Shown one piece after another: positions 39,691 through 52,333 of a stretch of 64,000 bases of DNA. The stretch is from Psammoneis japonica (lineage: Eukaryota). The stretch is from assembly GCA_008632985.1 (NCBI GenBank), contig QPGO01000035.1, positions 111,899 through 175,898 on the forward strand, in the 5' to 3' direction. The notes beneath the pieces are model-generated. The model was given only the letters and a program-made list of their open reading frames with translations. It did not search any database and was not told the origin of the DNA. The number at the start of each line of letters is the position of its first letter. Positions within the stretch are counted from its first letter, which is position 1. The translations under genes were made by a program, and so were the position numbers.

Positions 39691-42600
39691 GCTGCTGTCC
39701 TTTTTGTCTCTGCAGTTGTGAAACATTTGTGACAAACAAATCACTCACCATGGATGACATCGTGAGACAATTTCCTGAGTGAGGGACACACATGAATGCA
39801 GTGTCCTGGCACCTGTCAAAGCAATTGTCAACATTCTCCACATGTCTGTGTTGCAGTGAACAAGGAGGAGACGCTGCTCACCTTTGCCACCAAGAACTGG
39901 ATTTTTGGCCTGTTGGGCAGATGTGGGCACTGGCGCTGCACCAATCTTTTGCAGCCAACAGTCTTCCTGCCAACCCCATGTCTGATCAATGTTCCCTGCT
40001 TGCAGCTCCTGACATTTTCAAGCAACTTGACAAAAAAACAATCAAGGTGTGCAAAAAGCAGAGGAGGTGGTGGCATCTTTTTGGTGCATGTCTCAAAAGC
40101 TGATGTGGAGACACTGGCGTCACATGTTTTGTGTTGGAGCAGGGAGCCAGCAACAAGAAAGAAAATCATGTGGGCACTTGCAACCCTGGCAACAAGAGTT
40201 GTTGAACAACTTTGGTTGTGCAGGGCAGCACTTTGTCTTTGGCCCAGATGGAAAACAAGACAAACCACCATGTGACAACCAGATGGATTTTCTGCTGTTT
40301 TTGACAAGGTGCAAGATGTCAACCATGGGGTGGAGATCAAAGCAGATGATTGCCAATTTGTCAGATCAGATGCAGAAAGCCCATGACAAAATCAGTGCAG
40401 AATGTTTGCCTGCAAAAAACTGCTGGAGCTTCATGTTCTTGCTGCAAAAACATGAGACCATTCAGGCGAAACATTTGTCAAGAGCAGATGACTGCACACA
40501 GAAGCACAAGGACAATCAGAGTTGCACTCTTGGCTGGGCACACACAAACTGGTGCTTTTTGTGCAACTGTGGTTGATCATGAGGGTTGGCTCTGGTTGCT
40601 TGTGGCTCTGGTCAACAGCCAAGCCAAGGTCACATGTGGGTTTGGTGCATGCTTGCTCTGCAGCCAAATGCAATGTCTTGTGCCAGTGCACTGGACACTG
40701 CCTTGGATGATTTCAGGAGAGCTCTCATCACTTGGTTGACAATGTTTTGCTCAACCACACAGAACCCCACAGAGCATGTTGCTGGACAAATGCTGTCCTT
40801 GGTTGCAGCACAATTTGTCCATGATTGCTGGATTTCTCCAGCCTCTTCTGTTGTGCACAAAACATGAGGTTCCTGTGTGAACAAACTGATTCAGTTGGAA
40901 TTTGTTGCTGGTCATTGGCTTGGCTTGCAATGTTTTTTTCTGTGTGTGCACAAGTTGTTTGAAGAGGAAATGATCTGTGGGCACAGCTGACAAAAGCCCT
41001 GCTGTTGTCCATGGGAAGCATTTGACAAAGCTGTTTTGTGCACTCATCTCAGACAAGTGTCTCAACAAGGCACATCTTGCGTCAGTTGGCAATCTTGATT
41101 TTTGTTCAGTTTTTGTGGATGGAAATTCCAAGGAGGAAAGAAAAGCAGCCGGCAAGACAGTGAATGAAGTGCTGAAACATGTTGACTGGAAACTGCAGTC
41201 TTGCATTTCTGTGATGAAAAAGTGCCTGCACAGCAGATCAGTGAAAGGGTTGGAACCAATGAGTTCCATCCCAAGAATGTCAAGGTTTTGTTCAAAAACA
41301 TCATGGTCTCTGGAGTCCACTTGATTTGTGACAGTGCTGAGTTTAAATTGATGACAACCATCTGGACACTTCCAGTCCTTTGTGGCATTGACATTGGGGG
41401 GCACATTGACATCCATCATGACCTTGTTCATCCTGCCTGGGATCTTGGAGCTGACACACAGCTTGCCCACATCAACAAGAATGACAGAGTCAATGTGGCT
41501 TGCTCACTTGCAGAAGCTTGTGGTTTGGAGGGATTTAGAAGAAACAATGGCAAGGAGGGGCCCTTGTGTGAAGTGGCAAGCAACTCATTTGGCAATGCTC
41601 AGTGTGGGTTGCCATTTGTGTGGGGCACATCTCTTCACATTGCATGGTGTCTGCACAGGCACTCAGAGTGTCAGGACATTTGGCAGCTGTGAATGGGAAA
41701 AGGTGAAGTGCACATGCTGCTGAGTGATGATCTGGATGGCACCAATGCTGGCTCCTCTCCAATTGTGTGCAGCATGATCACAACACCCAGAACAATGCCA
41801 GCCCTTTCAAAAATGCTGATGACAATGTTGCCCACCACAACAGTGGCAATTGGAGCAATGAACAGCTGGAAAATGATGAAGCCACAAAACCAGCAAGAAA
41901 AAAAAGATGGAAGGATGTTGTGTGCAACACTCCTGAGATTTGCCTTGGCAAGCAACAAAGCCCATGACAATCTTGATGATCTTGACAGTGAAAAGAAGTT
42001 GCAGAGTGAACAACAGAAAAACAATGCAAAATGACCAAACCAAGCAGCAAGAAAGGAATGAGGGGAGTTGGCCAAGCACATTTCCCAGAAGGTTTCTGAC
42101 ACTTTTGTTTGAAGTTGCAAGTGTGTGCCTCACTTGATGCCTTCGCTCTGTGTCACACAGCAAAGAAGATGTGTCTGTTGCAAGCATGCTGGATCACCTT
42201 TTGCATTGCCTCTGCATGACTAGCCAGAGCCAGGGGGGTGAAGCAAACATGCTGTCTTGCAGTGATGTCACAGGATTGAGAAAGGCAAGTCCTTCCTCAA
42301 GACTCATCAATGAATTGGGGATGAGGCAAGGTGCACTCATGCAGAAGAGATGGGCCCTGGCACACAAGTTCACACTGTCTTGGCAAGACAGAGACAGCAC
42401 CCTGCATCTCAATTGTGATGTGTCAGGCAGGCACACACTCTGAAATTGCAACAGATTGGCTCTGGATGCAAGGCTCATGGTGTGATGACATTGATGGGAA
42501 AAATTTCTTTGTCAAATGACTTGTTTGGGTTGCTGTTGTCATTGCTGGACAACACTGCCAATGAATTGGTGGCAAGGCTTGAGAACTTGCGTGTGCCGCT

Positions 42601-44152
42601 CAATCTTTGTTCATTCACAGCAGCAGCTCAGCACACTGTTGGGTTCAAGCAAGAGCTGGCTCCTGCCACACTTTGATGATTTGTGCACAGACAATTGGCT
42701 GCAGCTCTGGAGTTCAGCCTCACTGTTGAAGTTTGGACATTGACAATGAGGCAAAACGAGCAACAACCCATGTTTGACAAATGCAGCAATCAAGAATGCA
42801 TGCCCTCATTGGATTGAAAGCCAGAAAAATGCAGAAGAGCAGCCCAGAAGGTCTCAGGGAACTGGCTCTCCAAGCAAGAACTCCATGCACTGGAGAAAAC
42901 AAAGTGCGGGCAAAGAAGAACCTTTTTTGCTTCATTCACTCCAGCTCACAACTGGCCACTGAGGACCACAAAGCCAGACTTTTTTGCATGCCAAAATTTG
43001 AGTTGTTCAAAGGAGGGCTGTGCATTTTTGGGTCTGTCTGCTTGAGTTGGTGTTTCTGCCAATGTCCAGTTGTGCCTGCATGAGTGGTGTCAGTTTTTTT
43101 GCATCAAAGTGTCCTCATGCCCAAATGTTTGATGGCAAAGAACCACCACACGTGGTTGGGAACTTGCTTTTTTGTTCACGCAGAAGATGGAGCATGTCAA
43201 ATTTTGACACTTCTTGCTTTTTCCAAGCTGAGTTTTCTCATGCCATTTCCCATTGATTTGCTGTTTTTCTTTGCTTGTGCTGACATTTCCATCAGCTGTT
43301 TTGCTCCTTTTGCTGTCCTTGTCCCTTGGCCAACTGCTGACACTCATTTCCTTGTCTTGTGTCCACTGTGCAAGAGAGTGACCCCAGGTGGTGTCTTTGT
43401 TTTGGAGTTGGCCTTGCTGCCATTTTGCCCCTTGCCCCATGAACACACAATTGAGCAACAACAGGATGGACAGGCCATGTTCAATCAGTGTCAGATTGGT
43501 TGCTGGCCAGCCCCTCCCAATTCCAGCATGTTCCTGCAGCCTCTGCGGAGACTTTGAATTGTTGCATGCCAAATTTTGCGGGGCAGAGCTTTTTCAACGC
43601 ATGGATCCAAATCTGCACCATGCACCATGTTGCATCTTTTCAAAAATCAACATCTGTCAATGTCTCATTGATGCCACCCACATGTTGCAAAGCATGTCGC
43701 AATGGTGCATGTCTGCTTTGTCTTGCTCCTCTTGTTCTTGTCAATGTTGGCTTGATCTGCCGTTCTCTTCTTTGATGCATGCTCTTTTGTTGCTTTTTCA
43801 GATTTTGCCATGAGCCCTGTTCTGAATGCTGCTTCTGCACTCCCCTTTGCTCTGCGATCTGCAGTTTGCTTTCTGTGTTTTTGGTGCTCGGCTTTTGCTC
43901 TTGAATGGACAATTTTTTTTACAATGTTCTTCCACATGTGCTTCATTGACGCAATGGCCATCCATTTGCTGCCATTCTCTTGGGATGTTTTCAAAAAGGA
44001 GCATCGCAACACCTCGTCTCCCATTGGATTCTCCACATGCAGAAGTCAAGAAAATCATCACCACGACATTCAAAAGCTTTTGCATCACATTGTCCCCGTG
44101 TCTGACACAGCAGTGTCTTTGCAACTGCAAAAAAAGGCTTGGAAACCAAGGC

Positions 44153-44291
44153 CAGAGGTGCACAAATCGTCTGTTGTCGTTCGCACACGCGCACTTGCAC
44201 ACTCAGCGCGCGCACAAACGACAAAACGATGACATCGTTTTGTCGTTCGTGCGTTGCACGCGGGCGACAACAGACGATTTATGCACCTCTG
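44153..44291. mobile_element. 139-bp hAT-like MITE, nearly palindromic
   Basis: 27-bp TIRs CAGAGGTGCA(C/T)AAATCGTCTGTTGTCG; perfect 8-bp TSD ACCAAGGC (44145-44152, 44292-44299); inner hairpin. Confidence 0.92.
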
Positions 44292-45894
44292 ACCAAGGCA
44301 AGCCATCCAATGTTGTGACTCTGTTCTCCCCGTGAACAACAGTCACTCGTGCAATTGTCGTCCAACATTGCTTTGTCATGAAAGATTCTCATGCCATCTA
44401 AGAATTCTGCCAGGTCTTCAACAGCTTCAACGGATCTCCAATTTTCCTCTTTTGCCATTTTCTGCCTCCGTGAAAGCTTCTTCTGAAGAGAAAATGTCAC
44501 CCAACCACCTCGCCATGTTGTCCTTCTTCAGTCACACATCGGCACACTCTTTCTTCTGCATGCTTTGTTTTGATGCCAAAAAGACAGCCATTGGATTCCT
44601 TGTCCAATCCAACAGATGACAAGAAAGAGCCTAGACCAACTTGGCAATGCTTGCCACAGAGTTTGGAAGTGGCAGAATCTTGGGCTTCACTGGAGCAGAT
44701 GACAGCAGTGCAACTCTCTTCATTTGAAGAAGGCACAGATGTTGGCAGATGCCATCATTTCAAGTCACACAGGAGATCTGCAGCCTTGTCCATTGCTCTG
44801 CCTGCAGTTGACTGCGCTGCTGGCACTTGACATTCCAAATGTGACAACCAATCTGCCTGTGCCATCAAACACATTTGTCTGTCATTGTCCTGGATCCGTT
44901 TAAAGTGCCCTGATGACAAGGGCCCTTGACAGTCCTTGGTTGGATCAGGGGCATTGCGACTCTGCTTTTGGTTCTTGCAAGTTGCTCTGTGAAAGTTGGA
45001 TTTCCTCTTTCCACAGAAATGGTGCTGTCAGCCCCTGCTGCAGGCATCTGGAGGTTGCATTGTCTGCAAAGGCATCAAACTCTTTGAAGAATCATCAACC
45101 AAAGAATCCCTTCTTAGCAGGTTCTGGCTCTTCCTGCCATTCCTGCCTCACAAGCCGAGTCAAAGTGGCAGAACTCAGAGAGGGAGCAACATGTCATGAA
45201 GCAATGAATTGCAACATGAGTTTGTGGATCAAATAAAATGTCAAACAACTTTTGCGTCCCTCCCATTGAGAGTGTCAATGTTGATTGTTGAGTGTCATTG
45301 TGTGTTGCAGTGTTCAGAAAAATCAAAATTTCAAAAAGCTCCGCCCCCCGCAAAATTCAGCATGCAACAAATCAAAGTCCCTGCAGCCAATGTGCAATCA
45401 CACCGGAAATGGGAGGCCAGCCGGCAACTGGTCCAATGATGATTGAACAAGAACAAATTGTTGAAGCCTGCGGCGGAGCCTGCACAGCCCTGCCTGTCCT
45501 GTTGTTTGATTGCACATCCATGCCTTGCCACCCCAGCTGGAGGTCAGTTCACCAGATGGACAAAGCTCTCTGAATGGCCTGTGTTCAACATCTTCCTGTG
45601 ACCCACACATCATGTGGGATCTGGCCTGTGTGCCAAAAACAGCAGAATCATCTTCAGAGTCAGTCTTGCTGCCACTGGATCTCTCTTGCATGTCCCTTCT
45701 GGAGTTTGCTGAACAGGCAAATCTCTCCAGTGGCTGCTCAGCCTGCATTCAATGATCTTCCTCTCTTCCTTGCCTCATTTGGGATTGCAGTCACAGTGCC
45801 AAAAGTGGTCACAAGTCATCTTTGGAACATCATCTTCAGAGTCGTCAAACTTGCTGGCAGATTCTCTGAAGTGTGCAAAGTGCTGCAAGAGACA

Positions 45895-46595
45895 ACAACA
45901 AAGCACGAGCACATGTGACAACTTTCCAAAAAAAGCTTTAAGTGTGAAGAACTGTGATGGTGTTGCAAAAGCAGCCATTTGTTTTGATGTCAAAGACAAA
46001 TGTGCTCACCTGGTGTGCAATTTGCAGAGCTGGTGTGTGGAGTCCTGGTGTGGGACAAATGCCCCAAAAATCCCCACCTGGAGCTCTGGGGAAAGCACGT
46101 CATCACAGTTGCCCTGTCCTTCCTTGTTGACTCAATCATGTCCATGCTCCCACCTGCCTCTCAATCATCTGGCTCATCATTGAACACTTTGTGGCCTTGC
46201 TTTGTGGGGTTTGACACAGGTTGACAGGCAAGGCATGTTGGCAAAGGGTCTGGGCATTTTCAGTTTGCACTCTCCGCAAACAGCAAACCACACAACTTCT
46301 TGTGTCCTTGGCAAGGGCAACTGTGTGTGCCCATGATTGTTTTGACACCCCCCTTGATTTCTTTTTTGGCCATCTTTTAAACGTCTGCCATGACAACACG
46401 CAATGTGCTCTGCAGCACTTCTGTCCATTGGCTTGGTTGGTGTGCAGCACCACCTCCTTGACACATCCATTCTTCAACACACAGCAAGGGGCAGGTGTCA
46501 CACTTTTGGCTCAGCTTGTGTTCACCAACGGCACCTTCTTGGGAACTGCTGCTTGTGTGCATCTGCCACAAATTTGTTGGTTGTTGTGTGCTTCA
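45895..46595 (+). repeat. Diverged repeat copy 2, homologous to 38340-39690 but lacking most of its ~0.7-kb central part
   Basis: By-eye alignment to copy 1. Confidence 0.85.
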
Positions 46596-47849
46596 TCAAT
46601 GTTGCCACCCCTCCTTGGTCCTCCCCACAAGAGTGTGCAAGAGAGATGTTGGTCCAGTGAGCACTGCAATTTTTCCAGGGCAGGCCTCCTCTCCCCAAAC
46701 ATCTCAAAGAGTGCATTGTCCTCCAGGCTCTTTTTGCCCTTTCTTCTCTGCAGGATTAGAAGCAGATTTGTGCAACTGGTTTTTCATTGTGCAGGTGACA
46801 AGAGATGTGAGAAGAGATGTTGTTTCTCTGGTGAGTGCTGCTTGCCAATGCCACACTCACACTCAACCACAAGAGCTTCTTGCTGCACAAAAGAATTTTG
46901 GACATGTTGGTGATGTGTGCCTCTTCTTGGTGTTCTTCTTCTCTTCTTTGCAGCTGCATCTGTGCAGAGAGTTGTGTGCCAGGCATCATCCTTGCATTTT
47001 TTTCATTGGAGTCTTCCACCTCACACATGAGTGGATGCACAACATTGGCATCTTGCATTGTTCAAAAACCAGGGTCTTCCTTGTGCTTGTGCAAACCACC
47101 TCTGCTTCACTGCCTGTGACAGAGGAGTGCAGTGCAGGGGCTTGACTGAAAGCTGGTTGACCAGAGATGAAAATGAGTGGGACCAAAATTTGCCTCAATC
47201 AAATGTGCCAAGGCACCAGTGCATGTCTTTTCTTGCACAGGATTCTACAGAGTTTTGCCACTGAGAATGTTTGGTGGTGCTGGAACTTGTCATGGATGCA
47301 TGGCCAAACTTTTCACCACCACTTTGCAACAAAGAAGCTGCTGACCTTTTTCTGACACAAATGTTGCACCACTCACTTTGCCTCTTGTGACCCAAAATTC
47401 TAGAGATCTGTTGTCATTCTTCTTGGCACACCTGGTGCTGCAGTCAACCACTTTTTTGTGTGGAGTTGCAGCATCACAAAAACTGGGGAGAAGAGCTGCT
47501 GGCACTCTCTGCCACCACAAAACAGCGCCAGTGCTCACACTTTTCAACTTGTGATTGGCATGAAATGTTTGTCCATTTGCCAGCTGAGTGTGTTCTGTGC
47601 TCCACTGGTTTGTCTCTCACCCCACAGAATTGGAGCACCCTCTCTCCCTCTCTCTCTTGATGTGATTAAACCCAGCACAGAGTTAAAGGGCCTGTGCAAA
47701 ATGGAAGGAAACAGCAGAAGGATGTGCGGAAGTGGCAGCAGCGGAGGAGCAGAAAGGCTGCTGAATGCAGTGTGCAGGGTGTTTGGCAGAGGAGGTGGGA
47801 AATGAGTCAGTGTGGAGGGAGGATGCAAAGCAAAGGGAGCATGCATGGA

Positions 47850-48200
47850 AAGATGGCAGATGAGGTTGCATCCCCAATCATTTGAACATCCCATTGGGAA
47901 GGGAAGGGAAGGCAGAGTGGTGGTGTGTGCTGCACCAAAGCAGCCATTGGAAAGGTGGTTTCACACAAAATTGGCAGAAGGAAGAAGGGCAGATGGGTGA
48001 ATTGGGGCACCAAGAAAGGCAGAGCAGGAAGCATTGGAGTTGTGGAGGTCAGAGGAGGAGGGCCAGGGGGGCTTGGACTGACGGCAGAGGAGAGTGAAGA
48101 GCTGAAGAGAAGTTGAACAAGGCAAAAGAAGCCAAGACCATGAAGGTGATCCATCAACAAGAGATCCATCAGTGAAAAAGGCAGAAGGTCCAAGAAACTT
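47850..48200 (-). mobile_element. Possible degenerate RNase H domain of a retroelement
   Basis: FFTDGSLVDGSPSWSWLL and a downstream WGCNLICHL resemble RNase H motifs; frames disrupted. Confidence 0.35.
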
Positions 48201-48884
48201 TGGTCTTGCACTTGAGGGGTGTGCCTTGGTTGGGATGGGGGGAGAGGGAGCAGGGCAAGAAGGAGCTTGCGGAATGGCGAGGCATGCAGCGGGGGAAGGA
48301 GCCAAAAGAGAAGCAGGAGGCAGTGTGGAAATGCTGACATCAGCAGGATGGAGCAGCAGATGGGTGGGAAGTTGACTCATGGGCTTGGGGTGAACATCAC
48401 TTGAGGAGTGACAGAGCTTGGCAAGCAGCCCCAAGGTCTGGGACAGAACAAAGAAGGTGTGCCCCTGAGAGGCTGTTCTTGGGCACTCCCAAGGTTCTTG
48501 GTGACCCGATCAGCAAGAAAAGGTATGACCACCACAAGCATCAAGCACAGCATGACCACAGGGACAGGGTGTGCCAACAAGGGAAGGAGGAAGGATTGGG
48601 AGACGGAGCTTCCGCCCTCTTTGCCCGTCCTTTGGACATGGCGTTGTGAGTCAGGCGGTGTAATGAGAGTCACGCCAGTTCTCTGTAGATCTTTTTTCGG
48701 CAATCATCAATCGTCTGTTTTTGGACTTTGCGTGTTGCAATCGATCGCACAGCATCACAGCATCACAGCTCACAGCAACAGCAATCAACGATCAACGCAA
48801 CATTGCTCGGACAAAGATAGCTACGATTTTTGTTATCCTTTGTGTTCTGTCAGCCACTCTTTAGTATAGATACAAAAAATTGAT

Positions 48885-49609
48885 ATGGAAAACGCACTGG
48901 AGCCAAAGAAAAAAGTCAAACCGGCCCTAAAGAAGCATCCTGTTCACGGAGCTGACGGCGCAGCAGCTGCAGCCGGTGAGAAGCGACCAAAGAAAGGTCT
49001 CAAATGGGACGAAAAAGCCATCACAGAACACGATCAACTTCGTGGCACTCGCATGAAGGTAAGGAGCAGGGAGTATGGCTTTTGCACAACTTGTGTCAAT
49101 GTAGAGAACTCGTTCGGCATTACCGTACTGTTTGCTGTCCTTACACCAACATTCTGAATCTATTATCTCTTTTTGCGATAAAGATTGACGAACCAAACAC
49201 TCCCTTTACATACTATGATTCTCATTCGGATCATGACTCGGACGGCGAACGCCGTCCACGATCACCTGTAAGCCAACAGGGAACGGATTTGAATTGGGAT
49301 CACTTGAGCAACAAACTCAGCGGTGTGGCTGCCGCACGAGACGCCTACCCCTCATCGCCTTCCTCTCATGGTGGAGACTCAGATGCCGAAGAGGAACGCC
49401 GTCGCCGTCGACGCCATTTGGAATTTCAAAAGCATCGTACGCAACACTACAATGAGTATCTATTGATGAAAAAGTTTCGGGAGCAACACCCGGATATGCT
49501 CGACTTGGAAGACGGCGGCCCAAGCGCCAATGGCAATGTCAATGGCGATGCTAATGGAAACCATACGAATGAAACGGATGGAGATGGAGACGATGAAATG
49601 GAAACTTAA
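48885..49609 (+). CDS. PPP1R2: Protein phosphatase 1 inhibitor-2 (IPP-2); intron ~49059-49183
   Basis: KPALKK, GLKWDE, MK|IDEPNTPF and FQKHRTQHYNE motifs. Confidence 0.9.
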
Positions 49610-50305
49610 CAAATCCGAGAACTTTAGGATGAATGGATTCTCTGTTCTGAGGAGTCTTTCTCGGATGCAGATTATTCGTTACTCACACTTTTCCGAGAGG
49701 ATTAGTGTACTCTAGAGCTGTCCTTTGTACAGCAGTGACATATTATCTATAATATAGTGCATATACCTTTTTCGACCTCTCTACCTGTAGAAAGCTTGGA
49801 GTGGACTAACGAGAGCCGCCGACAACAAGATTTTAAAGTTGAACCGTGGTCCATGTTCAAAACCACATCAGCTCCCCTTAATAGTTTATAGAGTAGTCTG
49901 ACATCGTTCGACCCAGAAAAGAATGCCACAGACTGGAGACGAAGACGCTTTTGCAACCACCCGACAGAAGCGTGAAGCGTCGAGCATCGCGGCCGCGAGG
50001 GACAAGCTCTAGAGGGTCCTACAGTACTTATACTCTATCAATTTCCACCCACAGGATGGGTGTACTGGGAGTGTGGGTTAGTCTCCTGTCGGATTTGCCG
50101 TGGTGTTGAGGTAGTCTCTAGAGTAGCACTAAAATAAAACTACAGTACTCTAGAGGGCCCTGCTACTGATTCTTGCCACCAGCCAACGCTGACGATCGGA
50201 TCAAACACTGAATGAAGGACGGACGGTTCGGATCTCAACGATTCCTTTTCCTCGTGAATGGAGGAATTTTAAATTTGTGACGTCATCCTCATCTTTTGAT
50301 GTTTC

Positions 50306-51451
50306 ATGTTTCATGTTTTATTGTTTCGACGTTCGACGCACTTTCTCTCTTTCGTCCTTCTTTTTTGTTGGTTGATGGCCATGACAATGGACAAAGGCAT
50401 CATGAGCGACAGAACAATGTTTCCATTTATCTACAAATCATGTACAGTGCTGCTCGTAATTTTGGTTAGGGAATTTCTATACAGTGACGCATTCTCACCA
50501 ATTCATTCCACTCCGTTGACAAAACACGACGTTCCAACAAAGCTGTCCATGTCACAAGCTGATGATGATGATGTTTCGACGATGGAAAATGCGTTTGATG
50601 CAGCCGTCATGGGTCGGTATGCGTGCACACGATTTCAGCGCCATGATCAAATGACAAACACGACAGAAATCCCGTCACCCTCCAATTCCACAATCGTCCG
50701 GCAAGCCATTCAGTGTTTGGACCTGGCACGACGAGCTCCGTCGGGATTCAACGCACAACCCTACAAGGTTGTATTGGTGCATTCTCCACGCCAAAAAGAA
50801 GCCTTATCGAAAGCTTGCATCGGGCACAACGCACATCGAGTGAGAGATTCAGATTGTACGGCTGTCTTTTGTGCGGATCGAGAGGTGGTTCGAACCATGA
50901 AACGATACGGAGACTTGGTTCAATCGAAAAGTGCGTCTTTGAAAGGCCGGCGTTTGCTGAAAATCCAAGCCCTGATTGCTCTCTTCTCTTCTGGATATCC
51001 TTTGCCGCGATTCTTAACTGTACCAATATCCTTTGGAGTACGAGCTGCCACGGCAATCATTAGTGTGTTGGTTCGACGAATTATCGTCATGCCATCCTTG
51101 TCGAGCGCCGAAACGTGGAGCACCAAGAATACAATGCTGGTAGCCATGACGTACATGTTGGGGTGTTCGTCTCGGGGAATCGCAACATGCCCCATGGAGG
51201 GTTTTCATGCGGGTCTTCTCAAGAAAAATTTAGGCATTCCCCGACGATACTCCATTCCACTTGTCGTTTCGACCGGCCGTGCCTATCAACGACCCGCAAA
51301 TGTGGACAAGTCAACAGTAGACTCGTCCGATGACATGGGAATGAGCCATGCAGCACCGACTTCCAGAACGAAAGATGCTACATTGCGATATCCCATGGAG
51401 GAGATGCTATACGGAGATTCCTTTGGGAATGCACTTCCAGTTGCCATGTGA
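50306..51451 (+). CDS. Nitroreductase-family protein (start uncertain; probable targeting peptide)
   Basis: RYACTRF, ARRAPSGFNAQP, MLGCSSRGIATCPMEGF and LVVSTG motifs. Confidence 0.9.
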   Translation: MFHVLLFRRSTHFLSFVLLFCWLMAMTMDKGIMSDRTMFPFIYKSCTVLLVILVREFLYSDAFSPIHSTPLTKHDVPTKLSMSQADDDDVSTMENAFDAAVMGRYACTRFQRHDQMTNTTEIPSPSNSTIVRQAIQCLDLARRAPSGFNAQPYKVVLVHSPRQKEALSKACIGHNAHRVRDSDCTAVFCADREVVRTMKRYGDLVQSKSASLKGRRLLKIQALIALFSSGYPLPRFLTVPISFGVRAATAIISVLVRRIIVMPSLSSAETWSTKNTMLVAMTYMLGCSSRGIATCPMEGFHAGLLKKNLGIPRRYSIPLVVSTGRAYQRPANVDKSTVDSSDDMGMSHAAPTSRTKDATLRYPMEEMLYGDSFGNALPVAM

Positions 51452-51535
51452 CGACGCATACTCCAAAAATGCTAAAGATTTAGTGAGGCGGCAGAAGCAG
51501 AATAAAGTATTCGCTACTATGAATATAGAAACTGA

Positions 51536-52333
51536 TCATATCGTGAGTGTTGGCTTACGGAAAATTTGCTTTACACCCTGAAAAATCATGAAGCGAAGAG
51601 ATCAAAAAAGTGTTGGTGAGAAGGTGAAAGCACACTGGTACGAGACAATAATTGATAGACGTACGTCGAATGCTTTGATATCCCATGACTCTTCATGATT
51701 GGTAATTAGAAAAGTCTCAGGATCAATTGTATAAGTGACGCCCCAAGGCCATGCCAAGATTGGTTTCCATGGGAGATTTAATTCCAGCTTGACCATGACT
51801 TTGGTCTTGACCACATTTTTGGACGACGTGTCGTAGTCGAGCATTTTGGCACTGTACTTTGTGATAAAGGATCCCAAATTCTGAAGATTCTCTACAAACC
51901 GATCTCTTCCTTCAAAGGCGACAAAGGGGTCACTAAAGACGCACTGCTCGTCGTAAATCAACTTGTCGACTTGGCCCGACAAAAAGTATGTCCGATCATT
52001 ATCCAATTCAATTCGTTTCAGCGTCTCGTCGAGGGACTTGGGCGGTTCGTCCAAGGAAGTTATAGTGCCATCCTTTTTCGCCGTTTTGTCACCAAACACC
52101 TTTCCAAATGCCTCTACGGCATACCATGATGCACGGGTTACAGGATTCATGTCGGCGTCGACACTGGTGCTTTCGCTCGCATCATCTTGCTCTTGTGCTT
52201 GCAGGGCGCTCGTCGGCACTACGGTCCACCCACAACGACGAGAAGTTTCGGACCTGATGACGGGATGAATGAAGGACTCTCCATTCTGAGGAATAAGCAC
52301 AAATGGCAGCAGAAGGAAACTACGAAACACCAT
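51536..52333 (-). CDS. DUF2358 / SnoaL-like protein, probably plastid-targeted; intron ~51579-51664
   Basis: YFLSG.VD..IYDE.C.FSDPFVAF.GRDRF..NL, LNLPWKP and HEESWD; signal peptide ending ES-F. Confidence 0.85.

Larger units (their letters stand above)
37830..48600. other. TpA- and CpG-depleted nested-transposon block 3
   Basis: About 20 TA counted by eye in 38100-48400; internal duplications; retroelement fragments; inserted MITE. Confidence 0.9.

Noticed and set aside
37860..48650. Dozens of overlapping 60-330 aa Cys/His-rich ORFs here and in the other depleted blocks
   Set aside because: Artefact of TA loss: TAA/TAG stops and Tyr codons are removed, so all six frames stay open and are Tyr-free
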